Part shown: in pieces, positions 39,899-54,024 of the stretch | Position numbering within the stretch: the first letter of the stretch is position 1 | Layout: every line of letters begins with the position of its first letter | Assembly: GCA_951406725.2 (NCBI GenBank) | Contig: OX597821.1 | Coordinates: 27,776,001 to 27,840,000, forward strand | DNA length: 64,000 bases | Direction: 5' to 3' | Source: Octopus vulgaris | Lineage: Eukaryota | Program-made: the position numbers and the translations under genes | Notes under the pieces: model-generated | Told to the model about the DNA's origin: nothing | Seen by the model: the letters and a program-made list of their open reading frames with translations, nothing else | The model's database searches: none

Positions 39899-40330
39899 GG
39901 ATCTTTTCGGTTTGAACGGCAGTTTTTTCTAGCGGTGTCATAAGAAACTTTCACCCGTAATTATGACCCTAGAATCAATATATTGCATTTCAATCTCTTT
40001 TAGGTTTAGGGTTAGTTAGGGTTAGGGTTAGGGGTGGGGGAAGGGTATCTTTTTTCTTCACAAATGTAAATAAACCCAATCTGTTTCTTACAGGAGGGAC
40101 ACATTCATACGGCACAGAATGCTTTTTAACTCAATAGACGCCAGTGATTGGTTGAAATTGCAGATATTGAAGGAAAAACAACAACAAATATCTTACAAAC
40201 TATAGAATTTTCTGAATAAAGGCAAGAGAAAAAGATGATTTATAAACACATTCTACCAGTATACGAAGTTTAAATTTTTTTAATTACCTAGAAATTATGT
40301 TAAAAACTGCCGTTCAAACCGAAAAGATCC
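39899..40330 (+). mobile_element. second copy of the same MITE, opposite orientation
   Basis: Same TIRs; TSD TAAATATG/AAAATATG (7/8 match); internal TTAGGGTTAGTTAGGGTTAGGGTTAGGGGTGGGGG. Confidence 0.92.
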
Positions 40331-40545
40331 AAAATATGTGCCTTTTCTAAGTAACACGTGGTTATGTAATTTACTATGACCGTTTGTGCAACGAATTATC
40401 TCAGTCATGCTACATATATGTATAATTCTTACGTTGACCACAAAACAGCCTAGAAACCTGTGTAAAATCAAATTTGAAGAAATATCTTACTATTTTAAAA
40501 CATATATGTATATGTGTGTGTCAGTGCGCGCGTGTGTGTGAATGT

Positions 40546-40604
<59 letters not shown>

Positions 40605-41249
40605 GAAACTATTTTAGTTCCTTTTTAAAAAAACAAAATCTTTATAGTTGAAGACTAGAAGAAAAATAGTAGAAAATTTACATTATTAAGTAGCTACGAT
40701 GCTAGATATTACAGGCTGTATATGATTTCAGAACGAAACATTTACAATTTAAAAACATATTTTAACTTGGAAAAGTGACTTGAATGGTCGAATTGTTAGA
40801 AGTCCTCAACGAATTCTTTACGATGATCTGCTCTTTTCATTTTTCCGATAAATTAACAGCTAGTTGATAAAAAATGACAGCTTTAAATCAACGTGATTTC
40901 AACTGAGAAAGTAAAACGAAATTCCAGAATATAAGGTTGAATTATTCTTAACCTTTCCTTTATTGACTCTTATTTAGTCTTAACCTTTTCTTTATTTGAG
41001 CCAACATTTATCGGCCTCTGCAACGCGAAACGTGAGGTGGACGTGTGCAGGATACAAAACGGCATAGACGATCAGAAAGTGAGTAAAAGTCTTACCACGT
41101 TGCATATACATTAACGACATCGTATTTAAAAAAATATTAATGCGTTCTACAATAGGATTAAAAGACAGAAGAACGGCACTGGAAGATACACCAGTATGAA
41201 TAAAACTCAAACCAAAAGTTATGTAGAGTGATAAAAGATACAACACGCC

Positions 41250-43200
41250 AGCAAACACATGCATGTTTATGAGTGGAGAAAACATAGTACCGAATAATCG
41301 TTTATCATAAATTTTAAGGATCCGACCAACTCATTAGAAACAACAATTAACTAAAAAAAATGCCATTGGTTAACTTGCTCGATAGGTTGAATAACCAAGC
41401 ATATATTATACCGACATTCACGTAACAATAAATGACGATTTGCTTAAAATAGCAATTTGAATTTCCCTTAGTAAATACGCCAGTTATTCCCCAAAGTCTA
41501 TAATTTCCTACTTACCTGCATACAAATCCTACAATAACACTCTACAACTGTCTAGTTGCTCACTTAGAGATCAAAAGCGTACTTCCATATTAAAGGAAAA
41601 GATGCTAAAATGTGATGTACAGGCATCTCCAAATTTGTTACATACGTTAAATAGTTTAGAAAGGGAGAACGCTATGTCATGGATAATATTTAATGGGGAA
41701 TATGTGGACTGTTCTATTTCTACAATAATAGAGATCTTCAAACTTCACATCCTCTTCCACAATCTGAACCCCTTATGACTTGTCACTGTCCCGAAAAACA
41801 AAGGTTCTCAACGAAACAACTTTCAGTTTATTGTTTGCTATTCATTTAAATAAAGCTCTCTCCAGAACAATGAGTTGCGAACAAAATGAAACATACTCTT
41901 TTTTGAGTAGTGAAACAATATGGACAAATACTATAAATTGGTTTTAAAATTCATTGGTAGCCAAATATTCCTAGATAATTGTAACTATCCAAGATTTAAT
42001 GTGACATGCATATAGGTGCGTGGTAAAAACTATTTGGTTTCGTTACCAAGTGACATGATTCTAGAATGCTAATAAGGCATGATTTTCATTATAAAATTGA
42101 TGCTGTGAGACAAATTTGGCTTCATTTTACCCCGCGTAGCTTTGAAAACTTATAATTTTGTAGTATTAACTACAAGATAACGGATGACATCCCTAAATTA
42201 TGCAACAGTAAGAAAATTCAAACAGGTACTTTGTAAACACAAAACTGACTTCGAATGCCGGCATATTTTAAAGGTGTGGGTAATAAAATATCGGGAGCAA
42301 TTTTAGAAGTTATTTAAGGCTCGTTCTACCTTTCCAACTCATGAAAAAACATACTAACTGCTCTTGCTTCAAATGACCTTAAAAATTGTATCAAATCTAT
42401 TATAAGCGGAGTAACTGAATGTCCAGCGAAATTTAAATATTTCTAATGTAAGACACTGGCAAACAGAAGGCATTCCCCTTCGAGGGCAATATATTTCAAA
42501 ACTCATGTTTATATTACTATTTCCATGAATGGAATACCCCAACTATAAAGCTACATGCTAACTTTGAACTCGAAGACCAAGCAAACTTAAAACGCTTTCG
42601 GATATAAGAAACGTCTACTTTCCTGAATAGAATATCACCGTTATACACATTAAATGTATGTTCAGAACTCTTACAATAAAGACCGTATATTTTAGTTATG
42701 TGTTTTGTTGTATAACATTTTATGAACATAATCTGCAGAATATATTTGAAGAAGGTAACAAAACGGCTGAAATTAAAATGCCCCGTAAGCGTAACGCCCA
42801 CTCGATGGGAGGACCGTATGCTTACATTGGGGCACTGATTGATTAATTCAAGAACTGTTATCGCAAAGATGTATACAGCTTCAACAAAATCAGCAAGTGG
42901 TATTCAATATTCTTGGTCGACTTTGCGTGGCGTCATAAGGAAGATGAAATTAAGTATAATAGAACTTGGTCGATAGCAAAGCTCGCAAAACCATATAATA
43001 TCCTGTCCAGAAGATGCAAACTCTGCTCCGAGGAATTGCTGTCTAATCTGTGTACCAATGAGAAAATCATTAATAGAATTTCTGGAAGAAATATAAATGC
43101 GCATTTTCACAATGCAGTGAGAATGAATTTGAGTAACCATTAACTTAATTAAAAATCATAATTCACCTTAAGTTACGCGTCAATTGAATTTGGCTCTAAC
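41250..43200 (+). mobile_element. highly degenerate Penelope-like element
   Basis: The C-terminal motif WRHKEDEIKYNRTWSIAKLAKPYNILSRRCKLCSEE...IINRIS resembles the PLE WxI...AxPY...RCxLCLxEK...LNKRSE motif. The upstream boundary is uncertain. Confidence 0.6.
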
Positions 43201-43486
43201 CGACAAATTCTTATAAACATCTAGTGACCATTTAATTCGATATATGAGCGCATGTGCGTCACAACAAACATGCACATATCTTCGTGTATGCACATATATT
43301 CGTGTATGCTTGTATATGCGCGTTTAAATAAGCCATACAAGCTATACGAGGGCGTTTATACATATTTCTTTCGATGTATTGTGTATTAATTTCATTGAAG
43401 CATCTGTTAGTTTTCTTCTTTTATTTGTTATTAATCTCGTATATTAATGAAGCTCTACCCTTTAATCCTTTAATTTGCTGCTTTAC

Positions 43487-43889
43487 CTTATGCAAACCGA
43501 CAAGATATCTTGCGCAACTTTGTCAGACATAGATAACATTCTGGCAGCCAGGATGATCTTGATCAATTACAATGATCAAAATTGGATAAGGGCTGATTCC
43601 ACGAGTCTATTCGATATAACGATGGACTCTTAAGACTCAGCACAGATTAGGGAATTAGTTGTAGTTATCCATGTCACATTTCGCAGAGTTTACATCATGC
43701 ACTGAATGTTAAGCAACAGTTTCCATAGCAACATTCTGATACCCTGCCAGAATAATCTTGATAAAATTGTTCTTTTCTAATATTCAGTAAGCTATCCTAC
43801 TTCGTGCCAGTGACGTTTTTTCTCAGCTACAAATTGAATGTTTACGCTCTCCAATGCCGTTCAATATCCATCAATCCACGAGGCTGTTC
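43487..43889 (-). other. candidate 403-bp exon (mostly 5' UTR, possible start MLSMSDKVAQDILSVCI)
   Basis: Acceptor CTTTTATGTCTCTCTTTTCAG|G and donor AAG|GTAAAG. The sequence is non-repetitive. ATGs at 43539 and 43530 are open to the donor. Confidence 0.35.
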
Positions 43890-45779
43890 CTGAAAAGAGA
43901 GACATAAAAGATCGTCTAATTTAGGCCAAATGGCTTATAGCGGTACTCATCACATTCGATGGGCGTTAGGTCATTTATACAACTCGAAATATCTGACGAG
44001 TTAGGTTTCGTTTACGAGCCTACGAAAATTTAAGTTGCATGGAGCCGAGTCAAACTGTCATTAAATAATATGCATCTGAGAGTGTGCCTGTGTGAGTGTG
44101 TGCGCATGCGCATGTGTATTTGTGTGTATGTGCAGGGGGTTTGTGTGCATTACCGAGCAGAAAGTTGCTTAACAGTCACTGAATGAGTATAATATCTACA
44201 TTATATTTGGCGTTGCATTTAATCTTCTGAGGTTTCTTAAGTTATTCCGAAATGCTATAATCGGTCTTGTTTATTGACTATTTTTCCAAAGCCTATGTAA
44301 TTACATTTCTAGTTTTCGGTAGAAATATATTTTAGTGTCTGTGATGGTTTATGCAACTGCCTGAGTAACAAGAATTATTCAAAACAGTAATTGCTAAAGA
44401 TTTTCAAATTATTTCTTTTCTTTAACAAAAATTATATTCCTTCTTAATCATGCGAGTACAATTGCAGCATTAGTTTATTTACTTTTTAACTGATCTCTAC
44501 TTACAACGTTGAATACTAATACGCTGTAATATTTGTAATATTTTTCCTGCGTAAAAAGTTGAGCATCAGAATTTACAGATATATAGTATTTGCACTTAAT
44601 CCCAAATTCGTACTGCGTAGCTAATATAACACATATATACATGTAGGCCCTAGAGTTTATTTATCATGGCTAGATTAAGTTTTTGTTCAGCATGTCGATA
44701 TCTTATAATATGAAATATCTTAACTTTAGGGAGTAAAACGATTATTCGAGTTTTAAATTTCTCTCGAAGAGGTAACAGTTTCCTACCGTATTCAGGCTAC
44801 CACATTCTTACTATTCCATTTGAATTTGTGTGGATGGAACAGATGAAAAGAAAGCAATTCTTACTCATATCGAGGACTGACTATGACACGATTCGCATAC
44901 AAAGGCATGGAGAATTAGGGATCATATTCAAATGTGACAATATATTTAAATTTGGACAAGAAGATTACATACCATGTGTAAAGAGCAAATTGGTCTGCAG
45001 CAATTCAACATAAGTAATTTACCAACTGTAGTTCGTATCAAATCGAGATTCTACATTGAGAAAAAAAACAAGATGTTCGCAAATACGCCGCCGATGGAAT
45101 AAAAAATATTCTTGGGAATTAAAAAAAATCCTTTTGACGCCAGCGTTCAGCATTTCGTATTAGACATGAATTAACAGATTTTATGAATACCCTCACATTT
45201 TAAAAATGAATTATGTCTGCAATGAAAGCTTTATTATTATATTCAGACCATTATTGATATTATCGAAAAACAATTAGTCATCGTTGCGTTCAGTATACAA
45301 AGAAGGAGAACATGGAGAGCAGCTTTAAAATCACCCCTCAATTCATCAAATAGGTTGCATCATTCTCACACCGAAAATATGCTGTGTAAACATACTGATT
45401 AAGTTTCATGGAAATTATACTACAACAGAAAATATTTCCTGGTATTATTTCACTAAGCATGACAAATATGGCCACATACGAAACATTGTGGCGGGTCAAC
45501 GAACTTTAAAATGAGGGATAATGTGCAGGTGACCTATATTCGTTTCTAGTTAGCAAAGTCATGGCTTGTAGATCGGTTGTGTATTATAAATACAAAACTT
45601 ACTCTTTATCTTTTGTCGTATCTTGCTTGCTCTTTCTTCCGGACGTTCCCGTGAAAGAACTTAACTTATAATTTCGTATTTAGCTCCACAAATAAGCCCT
45701 GCGACTTTGATTAACACCTTATGATGCTGTATGATAGTGGACCAATCGCTCATTGGTCAGACGATCTCTGCTGTTGACA

Positions 45780-47270
45780 TTCAAAGCCAATGTTAGCATG
45801 CGAGGGTAGGTTCCGGCCAATCTTATTTTCAATTTTAAGCTACAGGTCCATGCTGGTAAACAAGGAGAGCGTTCTGCTGGGGTTTCCACTCCGCCCTCGG
45901 TAAAACGTCAACCACGCTGCCAAAGCAAAAGCCACAAAACATTAGATGCAAACAAACAGTCAGCAGTTTACTTCATCTATCTGTTTTGATATTATCTGTA
46001 TTCAAAAGTATCGTATATATCATGAAAATTATGTTGTATTGTTTCAGTGTCATCATGGCAGACCTCAATCAATTCAACAATTAGAGGCGTAGGAATGCTA
46101 TAAAGCCATTGTGCAACAATGAAAGCTTCAAATTGTAAGAAGCCCACCCTAGATTTATGATAGCAACGTATGATAGTAATACAAAATTCACAATCATTTC
46201 GTGTTATAGTCTCAAATATGTCTCAGCAAAAGAGGAAGTCACCGAATTTTATGATAGCCCTTCTAACATAAGTTGAGACATATCCAAAGATAATTTCAGA
46301 ATAGTTGGTGGATGCATGTCTTCGACAAAATCTTCAGTACAGAAAAACAGCACATTCACGTATAAATAGTAGTGAAAACTACATAGATAAAGGTATGAAA
46401 GAGAATGGACTCATTTTGCCTAAACACGATGTTTCAGAAAAAGAAAATGAAAGTTCCTAGTACACAATAATCTAAAGGGTATTTAAGCGCAGCCTGATTT
46501 CATGCTTATAAACAGTACAAACAAATGCATTATTAGTGTTGTAAACTCTAAGGCGTATGTCTTGTGCCGTCCTTTCACAGCAAAATTAAACACTAAAGTA
46601 CTCGCAAGAAGAAACACTAAATATAATGAATCACTTTCATAAGTTTTATCTGATAATGGCAAATACCTTGCAGATCAAAAGGAATTTGTTCCGCAAAGAC
46701 TAATACTCGTTCTATCCTCATTTGACAAGAAAGAATCTGCAGTGGCCTGGGAAACATATTGAATGGTACGGTCTCCAGATTGTGACATAGTGTTCATGGA
46801 AATTGTTTTAGGAGTGCTACAAAGTGACATTGTAGCGCCCTCTATCTTTATCATTTGCTCCGAGTATGTTCCTGGAAATCCTGCCGATGCAATTAAAGAC
46901 AATGTATTCACAGTTGCAGATTATGCAAATTACGTAGAGATATTCTCTGTTCGAATAAAGCAAGCAGAAACCTTTCTGCATAGGCTAAATATATCAATCT
47001 CCATCTAAACACAATCAAAACAGAATGCATAAGGTCAATCCAAAGTGGAACAATTAAAACAGTGTCTGCACACCTCTCAACTCTGTAGAAGAATTTACTA
47101 ATCCAATTAGTAGATTCTCTACTTACGGAAACGCTTTTAACATACACATAGGCAAAGCTTTACTAAATATAACTTGCCGCCAGCAAGTTATCTTTAGTAT
47201 GGATTTCAAGACTTCCAGACAGTTTGGAAAGGAACCTCTTTCAAGCGACTCTTCCTTCGTTGATGTATAT
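45780..47270 (+). mobile_element. degenerate RTE-type LINE (APE and RT remnants)
   Basis: APE-like TIISCYS...EEVTEFYD near 46190-46260. RT motif VRSPD...GVLQSDIVAPSIFII...DYANY (GVLQGDTLAP / xADD equivalents). Confidence 0.75.
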
Positions 47271-48471
47271 TTAACTGATATCTAGTTATTGTAAAATATG
47301 CAAACTAGCATTAATATGTGTTCATTTTATCTGATTTGAAATACTTAAGCGACTGCGATATTTAAGTATAAAAATTCTGGTTTAGGAATTGAGTAGGGGT
47401 GTGTATTGTGGCTTTCCATTTTGTTAGAGACTAGAGGTGATTTACAGTTGTCATATTGAGAAATCCACAGTTACACTTCCCAGATTAGAAGTTCTGTTTT
47501 ATACGCGTAATTAATGAGGCACTTCGATATTTAAAACACTGCCTAAGTACCGATCTTTAGAAATTGATCTCAAAACCAGAAGAGAGAAAGCTCATTGGAA
47601 AATTATAGATTCAAGACATCACTGGAATAATAACGATTTCTAAACCCTTTCAGGAGTTTAACATTTGATTATGTATATACCTGTATATGCAGGAGACTAG
47701 CTGCATAAAATGAACATATAAATCTGCCTATGCACTGATTCTAAATACTGCAAAAGTACAAACATATACGCAAATGTGCCCTGTTGATGTTGTTTAAAAT
47801 CCATTGAAGGAGACGTAGATCTAGCTTAGATCAACACACACACATACATAATTCCAAACATACATATATATACATACATACAAATCTTACATACTTGACG
47901 GCAGCAAACTCGTGTTTGATTATTGCCATCGCCTGATCCACAGTTTTACACATGCGAAGGCTACGATAGGTCTTACAATTTTGTGATAGGTCTTACGATT
48001 TTTTTAAGAGACGCCTGTGCATGATGATTTTTTTTTTCATAGTGGGGAAAAGATTTGCAGAAATTCAACCCCAATCTCTGTACATGGACAACAAAAACGC
48101 GAAAAGAACTACTCTTCATCATCGAATATCGTCAGTGGTCCAACGGCGCGCCTGGATACCAACCAAGGTATTTCCACGTTCCCGCGTGTACATACATGCA
48201 GACATACACATGTACACATATTGCTGGATGTGTGCTAACTACTCATGAGCTCCCTCACCCTTCGACAGGTCTTATCTTCCGTCCTGGAAGGTTGCTCCTT
48301 TTGTCGCAGACAACTCGACCATGCAACAGGTTGTACCGAGTTACATGTTAGCAGTAGCACCCAAGAGCGACCTTTCCACACATAGATACATACATACATG
48401 TATACATATATGCATACATATATATACATACATACATACATACATACATACATACATACATACATACATAC

Positions 48472-48670
48472 GAGAGGAGCTGGTAGAAACGTTAGCGCGC
48501 CGGGAGATATGCTTAGCAGTATTTCGTCTGCCGTTACGTTCTGAGTTCAAATTCAGCCGAGGTTGACTTCGCCTTTTATCATTTAGGGGTGGATAAATAT
48601 AGGACCTGTTACGCACTGGGTCAATGTAATCGACTTAATCCCTTTGACTATCCTTGTTTGTCCCCTTACC
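48472..48670 (+). mobile_element. SINE family B
   Basis: GAGCTGGTAGAAACGTTAGC...GAGTTCAAATTC. Confidence 0.88.
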
Positions 48671-48671
48671 C

Positions 48672-48799
48672 TAGCCACAAGGCCTGAAATTTGGGGGGAG
48701 GGGGCCAGTCGATTAGATCAACTTCAGTACGCAAGTGGTGCTTTAATTTATCGACACAGAAAGGATAAATGGCAAAGTCGACATCGGCGGAATTTGAAA
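48672..48799 (-). mobile_element. SINE family B-like 3' half, tail-to-tail with the previous copy
   Basis: TTAATTTATCGACACAGAAAGGATAAATGGCAAAGTCGACATCGGCGGAATTTGAA. Confidence 0.82.
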
Positions 48800-50539
48800 C
48801 ATACAAATACATAGTCTATGGAAATGCGATCGGTCTATATTTAAATTATCACTTATCACTTTCAACTATAACAATTTAGGTTGTATACATTTTATTTTTC
48901 TGTGCAACTCATAATTGTCATTTATGACAGTTCTGGAACTTTTATGAATATTTGCAATGTATATTCAATAAAATAAGTACACTTTTTGATAAAAGATTTT
49001 GATTTTGATATTTTTTAATCATATCAATATCATAAATATTTTTCATTGTCAACTTTCATAGCCTAGAGAGATTGTATTTTAACACCTTTCGCACGTTATT
49101 GACGTAAGAAACTTTAAAAATACTGAACTTTCACATACATGATCTAGATAAGTAAAATCAAAATTAAACTGTGTTATATTCATCAAACCATTTGCAAGAC
49201 TTAGTGAAAACATTTAATTAATCGCCTTATAGAAATCTCATTCTTTTAAAACTGTAAATCATTACAATTAATTGCAGATATTTAATGCTATTTTAATCTA
49301 TATATCGTAGACTACCGGAATTAAAACATTCTAATATTAAGTTTCATAATTATTGTCTTCAACCGCAGTCAATTTCGTCTCGCAAAATTCTTAGTTGGAG
49401 ACAAAAAAGCAGTATGATACTATTGATTTCTTCCATTATAGCCACTACGTATAATGTCCACCAAACACACACAGAAAAAGAAAAAAATAAATAATTAGAT
49501 CAGTGTATTAAACTTTACGTGCCTTACTTCATAGAGGTCTAGTCAAACTAAATCATTGAAGTTAATTTAATTTAACGTTGGCAGTCTTTCTATTGTATTG
49601 GCATCATTAATCTCTTCGATGAAATGAAGAACACGTCATATCATTATTTTATCTCATACATATTATTACCACTATCACACATAAAAACATATCATTATGT
49701 AGCATCATATGCTCTTATTGGTGACGGGTAAGCTGGTGATGGGTAAAATCCTTTTGCTCTCCGTCTCATGAAGTGCGAGTGTCAAAGGTCAGATATTTCT
49801 CGTCTGCAGTGGATATGAACTTATCCAATTATATTCACTTTCTAGGCATACCGCCATCAATTTCTTCAGAATAACTTTTGTTCTTTCGTATTAATATTTA
49901 AGAGTTATTGTTAGTGAGGAATAATATTAGAAACTGATTACATGGAAATATCATTTTCTGGTTAAACAATTTCTTCTCAATGAGTTTGTCAGTAACTGCT
50001 CGAATGTCATGAACTTCACAGTGGAAAACTACTCCGTAGCCTTATCAACCTTTTGTACTATATTTCTTTGTTTCTAACGGAGCAATAAGGCTAGAACAGC
50101 AGCGTTTAGCACGTTGATATATGATATTATACTATGAAATATATATCATAGGTGGGTTAAAGTGCAGCACATATATTCTTTTTCTGCTTTTGGTATGTTA
50201 TTGTAAGCAAAAGTTTGATGTTTTGAAATGGGGAATTTAAACTACCCAAAAATCAGAAATGCTCCATGCTCACCCGTATTCATTAAGTGACACCTCTTTC
50301 TTTATCCACCCATCCATCCATCCATCCATCCACTCATCTATCCATAGATTCTGCCTACTATTACTGGAACGGTCTAAGGAATATTTTCGTGAATCAACTC
50401 TACCATACGATCCTAAATGCAACATCCGTCAATAGAATTTCCGGCCGAACTACCAAGCGTTGCTAAATGAGTCTATGGATATTATCTAAATATCTCGTTT
50501 TTGCCCTACGCGTAGGTCTTCTGCCGGTTAGCACGGCTT

Positions 50540-50785
50540 CAAGAAACCGTCATGCGTGCCTTTTCTGTGCCAATCTAATCAAATGATCTTAATACTGGAG
50601 CTGTGCCCCCTCCTCCTAATGCAGCGATGTACAAGCTCAAACTAAAGACAGAAACCGATTTTATAAGTAATGCTTTCTGTCGAGTAATGTTACACCAAAG
50701 GGAATTCGAAGGAATCACATTTCGTCGCCTGTATTTAGGATCGTACACTTTCTGTCATGACCCACAATTCATGGCCATTGGATTA
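50540..50785 (-). mobile_element. RTE-like LINE 3' fragment
   Basis: Minus strand reads GHELWVMTESVRS*IQA, resembling the YGxExWxxTxxxRSxIQAxEM motif. Confidence 0.55.
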
Positions 50786-50872
50786 GGTACATTTCTCCAT
50801 GTCGTATGCAACTTATTGGCGGTGGTCTTAAATACATGTATAATTACTGGAGTCTATGTAGAATATCAATAT

Positions 50873-51073
50873 ATGCGATTGGGTGCTGCAAAATCCTTGG
50901 CTTTGGGTAAAAGGAAATGCATGAGGATCAGTTAGCTATTATTTTATACAGTATATTCCATCCTCACGTTGAAACATTTATTGCAACTGTCTTTCAAATT
51001 TTCTAAACTCGGAAAGTTCCAACCATGTTTCGCGATACCCTTAAAACCAGGAACTTTTCGGCAACACCTCGTA
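50873..51073. mobile_element. short mariner-derived MITE
   Basis: Imperfect TIRs GGGTGCTGCAAAATCCTTGGCTTT and AAAACCAGGAACTTTTCGGCAACACCTCG-TA. Confidence 0.55.
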
Positions 51074-53727
51074 TCGTTTCGTATGGAATAAAATAATGCT
51101 GCAATATATTTGTTGAGAAGACAGTTTGTTTCTGTATCATTTTGAAATACCCGAATTTGAAAGTAAAAAGGATTGGGAAATAAATATATCACAGTTTTCC
51201 AGTTAATGTAAACGCAATGGCAGGGTGCTTTCAGAATCTCAGTAAAAAAATATACGTATCCGACATACGCTAGCATGAAACATGGTTTCTCTTTGAACCA
51301 CATTATCATGATTTCAATAAAGCAATCCTCTCCTATCAGTAGCGATTCCAAATCCTTTCTAGACAGATTTATTATATGTGGCTCGAATACATGTCAGACA
51401 GTTGTGTGGTAAAAACATATTTGCTATCACGAGGGGGCAAGATAATTGTGTCTGTAACGAAAAAAATTTCTTCCATGAATTATGTAATAAATTTAGGTAT
51501 CCTTCGATTCCTATTGTACATGTTTTATATTTGTATATTAGCTTCTATACTTTTACGGTTTTATAACCCTTCTCAAGCCTAAAATATGAGATGTATGCGT
51601 GGGGTTTAAAACATACATAACAACTCGGTATCTGACGCTAAACACTGGTTGATTTATGTGTCACCACGACAGTCATAAGCGTAAATCATACAGATCTCGC
51701 TTGGTTGCATTATAAACTCAAAAGCATGTTGTAGTAAAACTACATTGATATAAATGGCGCCATACGCAATATCATATTCTCGGCTTCAATGTAGAAAGTG
51801 TCATTGTGTTTTACTTTTATAAAAGTTATATTTGCTTTTGGCTTCTGTATTATGTCATTCACTAATAAATTAAAATCCAAATGTTGTTTTTCCTCTTTCT
51901 CACAGCATATATTATGCAAAAATATATATGCGTACACAACATTCTTGGCGAAATAAATATATTTTTTTAACTCTCAATTCCTGAAAACAGAAGATATTAG
52001 CCGAACCTTTGAAGTTACTATTTGAGAATGTTTCTACAATTGTATTTTTATGTGTGTTTTGTATGTGTGATGGGAAAAGAAATACGCCTCTTCACAAAAA
52101 TATTTAAAAATATAAAAGGAAAATGATCGGAAAATTTTGAAATAATAATAAAAACGAAAGGAAATTAATATTTACTCTTTGTTTATAATTTTCTAGCCTT
52201 CAGAATATAAGGGAGAAAACGGTCGCTATAAATATGCTAAAATCCTAAAAATCACTTATATAACTTAATACCATAGTGACACGCGCATCATACACTTCTT
52301 TAGCAAACAGAAAGAAAGTATAATGAAAATCAATATCTAAACAAGAACATGGATTATGAAGAAATATTGCAAGATACTATGAGCTATTAGAGTAACCTCT
52401 AACTAATATATTTCTTAATACCATTAATGTTTAAATTTATATATCTTTATACACTGTATATCTGACATTTCTGCTAAATTTAAAAATCAAAAATGTAATT
52501 TCTTTAAGTGTGTAATGTAGCATATGTTTGCAACCAAGTGTAACTCAGATTCAATTTCCAGTTAGTTCTATTTCCATTCATTTTCATGACTTTTCCTGGA
52601 TCTGACATGGTACAAAAAACGGTAATATACCTTGTACTATTGAGCTTCGATTAAATAACAGAAATATTTTACTAATCGACACAGGAGATGTAGACTGTCT
52701 TTATGGTTTCCTGTATATGGGAATTATTGTCAGTTGATTTGTGGATTGTTTCGGTGTATATTTAAGTAAAATCATTTTCACAACACTGCAACAACGCCTG
52801 TTCGTTGCCGTATGAACTCCTCTGTGCACACTAATTCCTTTCTCTCAGTATCTTCTATTATTTGAATTCAAGGAAAATCCTGCTTCTCACTTGCAAAAGG
52901 AGCGAAGAATTGTTTTTCAACTAGGTGTTCTCGACCACTACGATGTAAATGTTCCGTTGACAGTAACATAACAACACCATAAGAAACTGCATTCTATCGT
53001 TCAACATTTAATCCATCATGCACTTCACGATTTCATTCACATATTTTCGAGACTACCTAAACATACACCATGATATGCCTCAGTACATCCATACATACAT
53101 CTATACTAAATATACAGAAATCTACACACGTAATTACATACTTGTGCGCTTACACATAAAGATACAGGTATACACATCACCTAACGTAAAAAACAAAATT
53201 ACCCGCAGCATACCACTGGTTTACAAATTTCTCCCTAACTATACAACACTTCAGTAATGCATCGTGGTTAGATTCACCGCTTTTAAAACAAAAATATTCT
53301 GCATCACTTCATCAAGCACAGCTATCTTTAGCTACTGAGTATCTAAGGATTCATGTTTCCTCACATAGAGACAAACGTATTTAATGTCGCATATTTTTCT
53401 ATTTCTTGCCTCATTATTCGTAGTATTGAGGTTTCATTGTTGTTCGCTTAAGTGTTATATTTGTACACGTCTACGTCCAAGTCGTTTTGTTTCTTTCACT
53501 CCTTTGATAATATTTTGCTTCTTTGTTATCTATTTGATTTTAAAGCATGGATCTCAGCAAACAATGACAATGGAGAACAGAAATCAAGGGTTATATTGAA
53601 AGTGTCACAAAACATCGGGTCTTCATTATATCTCTGTATATATATATATATGTGTGTGTGTGTCTCTGTGTGTGTGTGTGTGTGTGTGTGTGTACATGTG
53701 CATGTGAGTGCGTGTGTGTAGCATAAT

Positions 53728-54024
53728 ATCACGTGACCGATCAGGCTATCAGATGCTGCTACACATTGCTGGACACAATTCTCTTCGCATTGTTTTAGCC
53801 TTCAAACGACGCCACCCCGCTGGCTAAGCGAGCAGGCCAACAGAAGAAAGAGTGAGAGAAAGTTGTGATGAAAGAGTACAGCAGGGATCGACACCACCCC
53901 CTGCCGGAGCCACGTGAAGCTTTAGGTTTTTTCGTTCAATAAACACTCTCAACGACCTGTGAATTGCAACTGCGATCCTACGACCGCGACCACTGCCCTA
54001 ACCACTGGGCCATTGCGCCTCCAC
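53728..54024 (-). mobile_element. tRNA-derived SINE (family C)
   Basis: Minus-strand head GGAGGCGCAATGGCCCAGTGGTTAGGGCAG (A box) with a degenerate B box and a ~300-bp GC-richer body. Confidence 0.8.

Noticed and set aside
47895-48375. GC-richer segment with a small GATAGGTCTTAC duplication and overlapping short ORFs
   Set aside because: Probably an unclassified repeat; no termini or protein motif could be supported.
49690-50110. Possible Tc1/maT-like remnant (…TADEKYLTFD…) on the minus strand
   Set aside because: Only a single short motif; no TIRs were confirmed.
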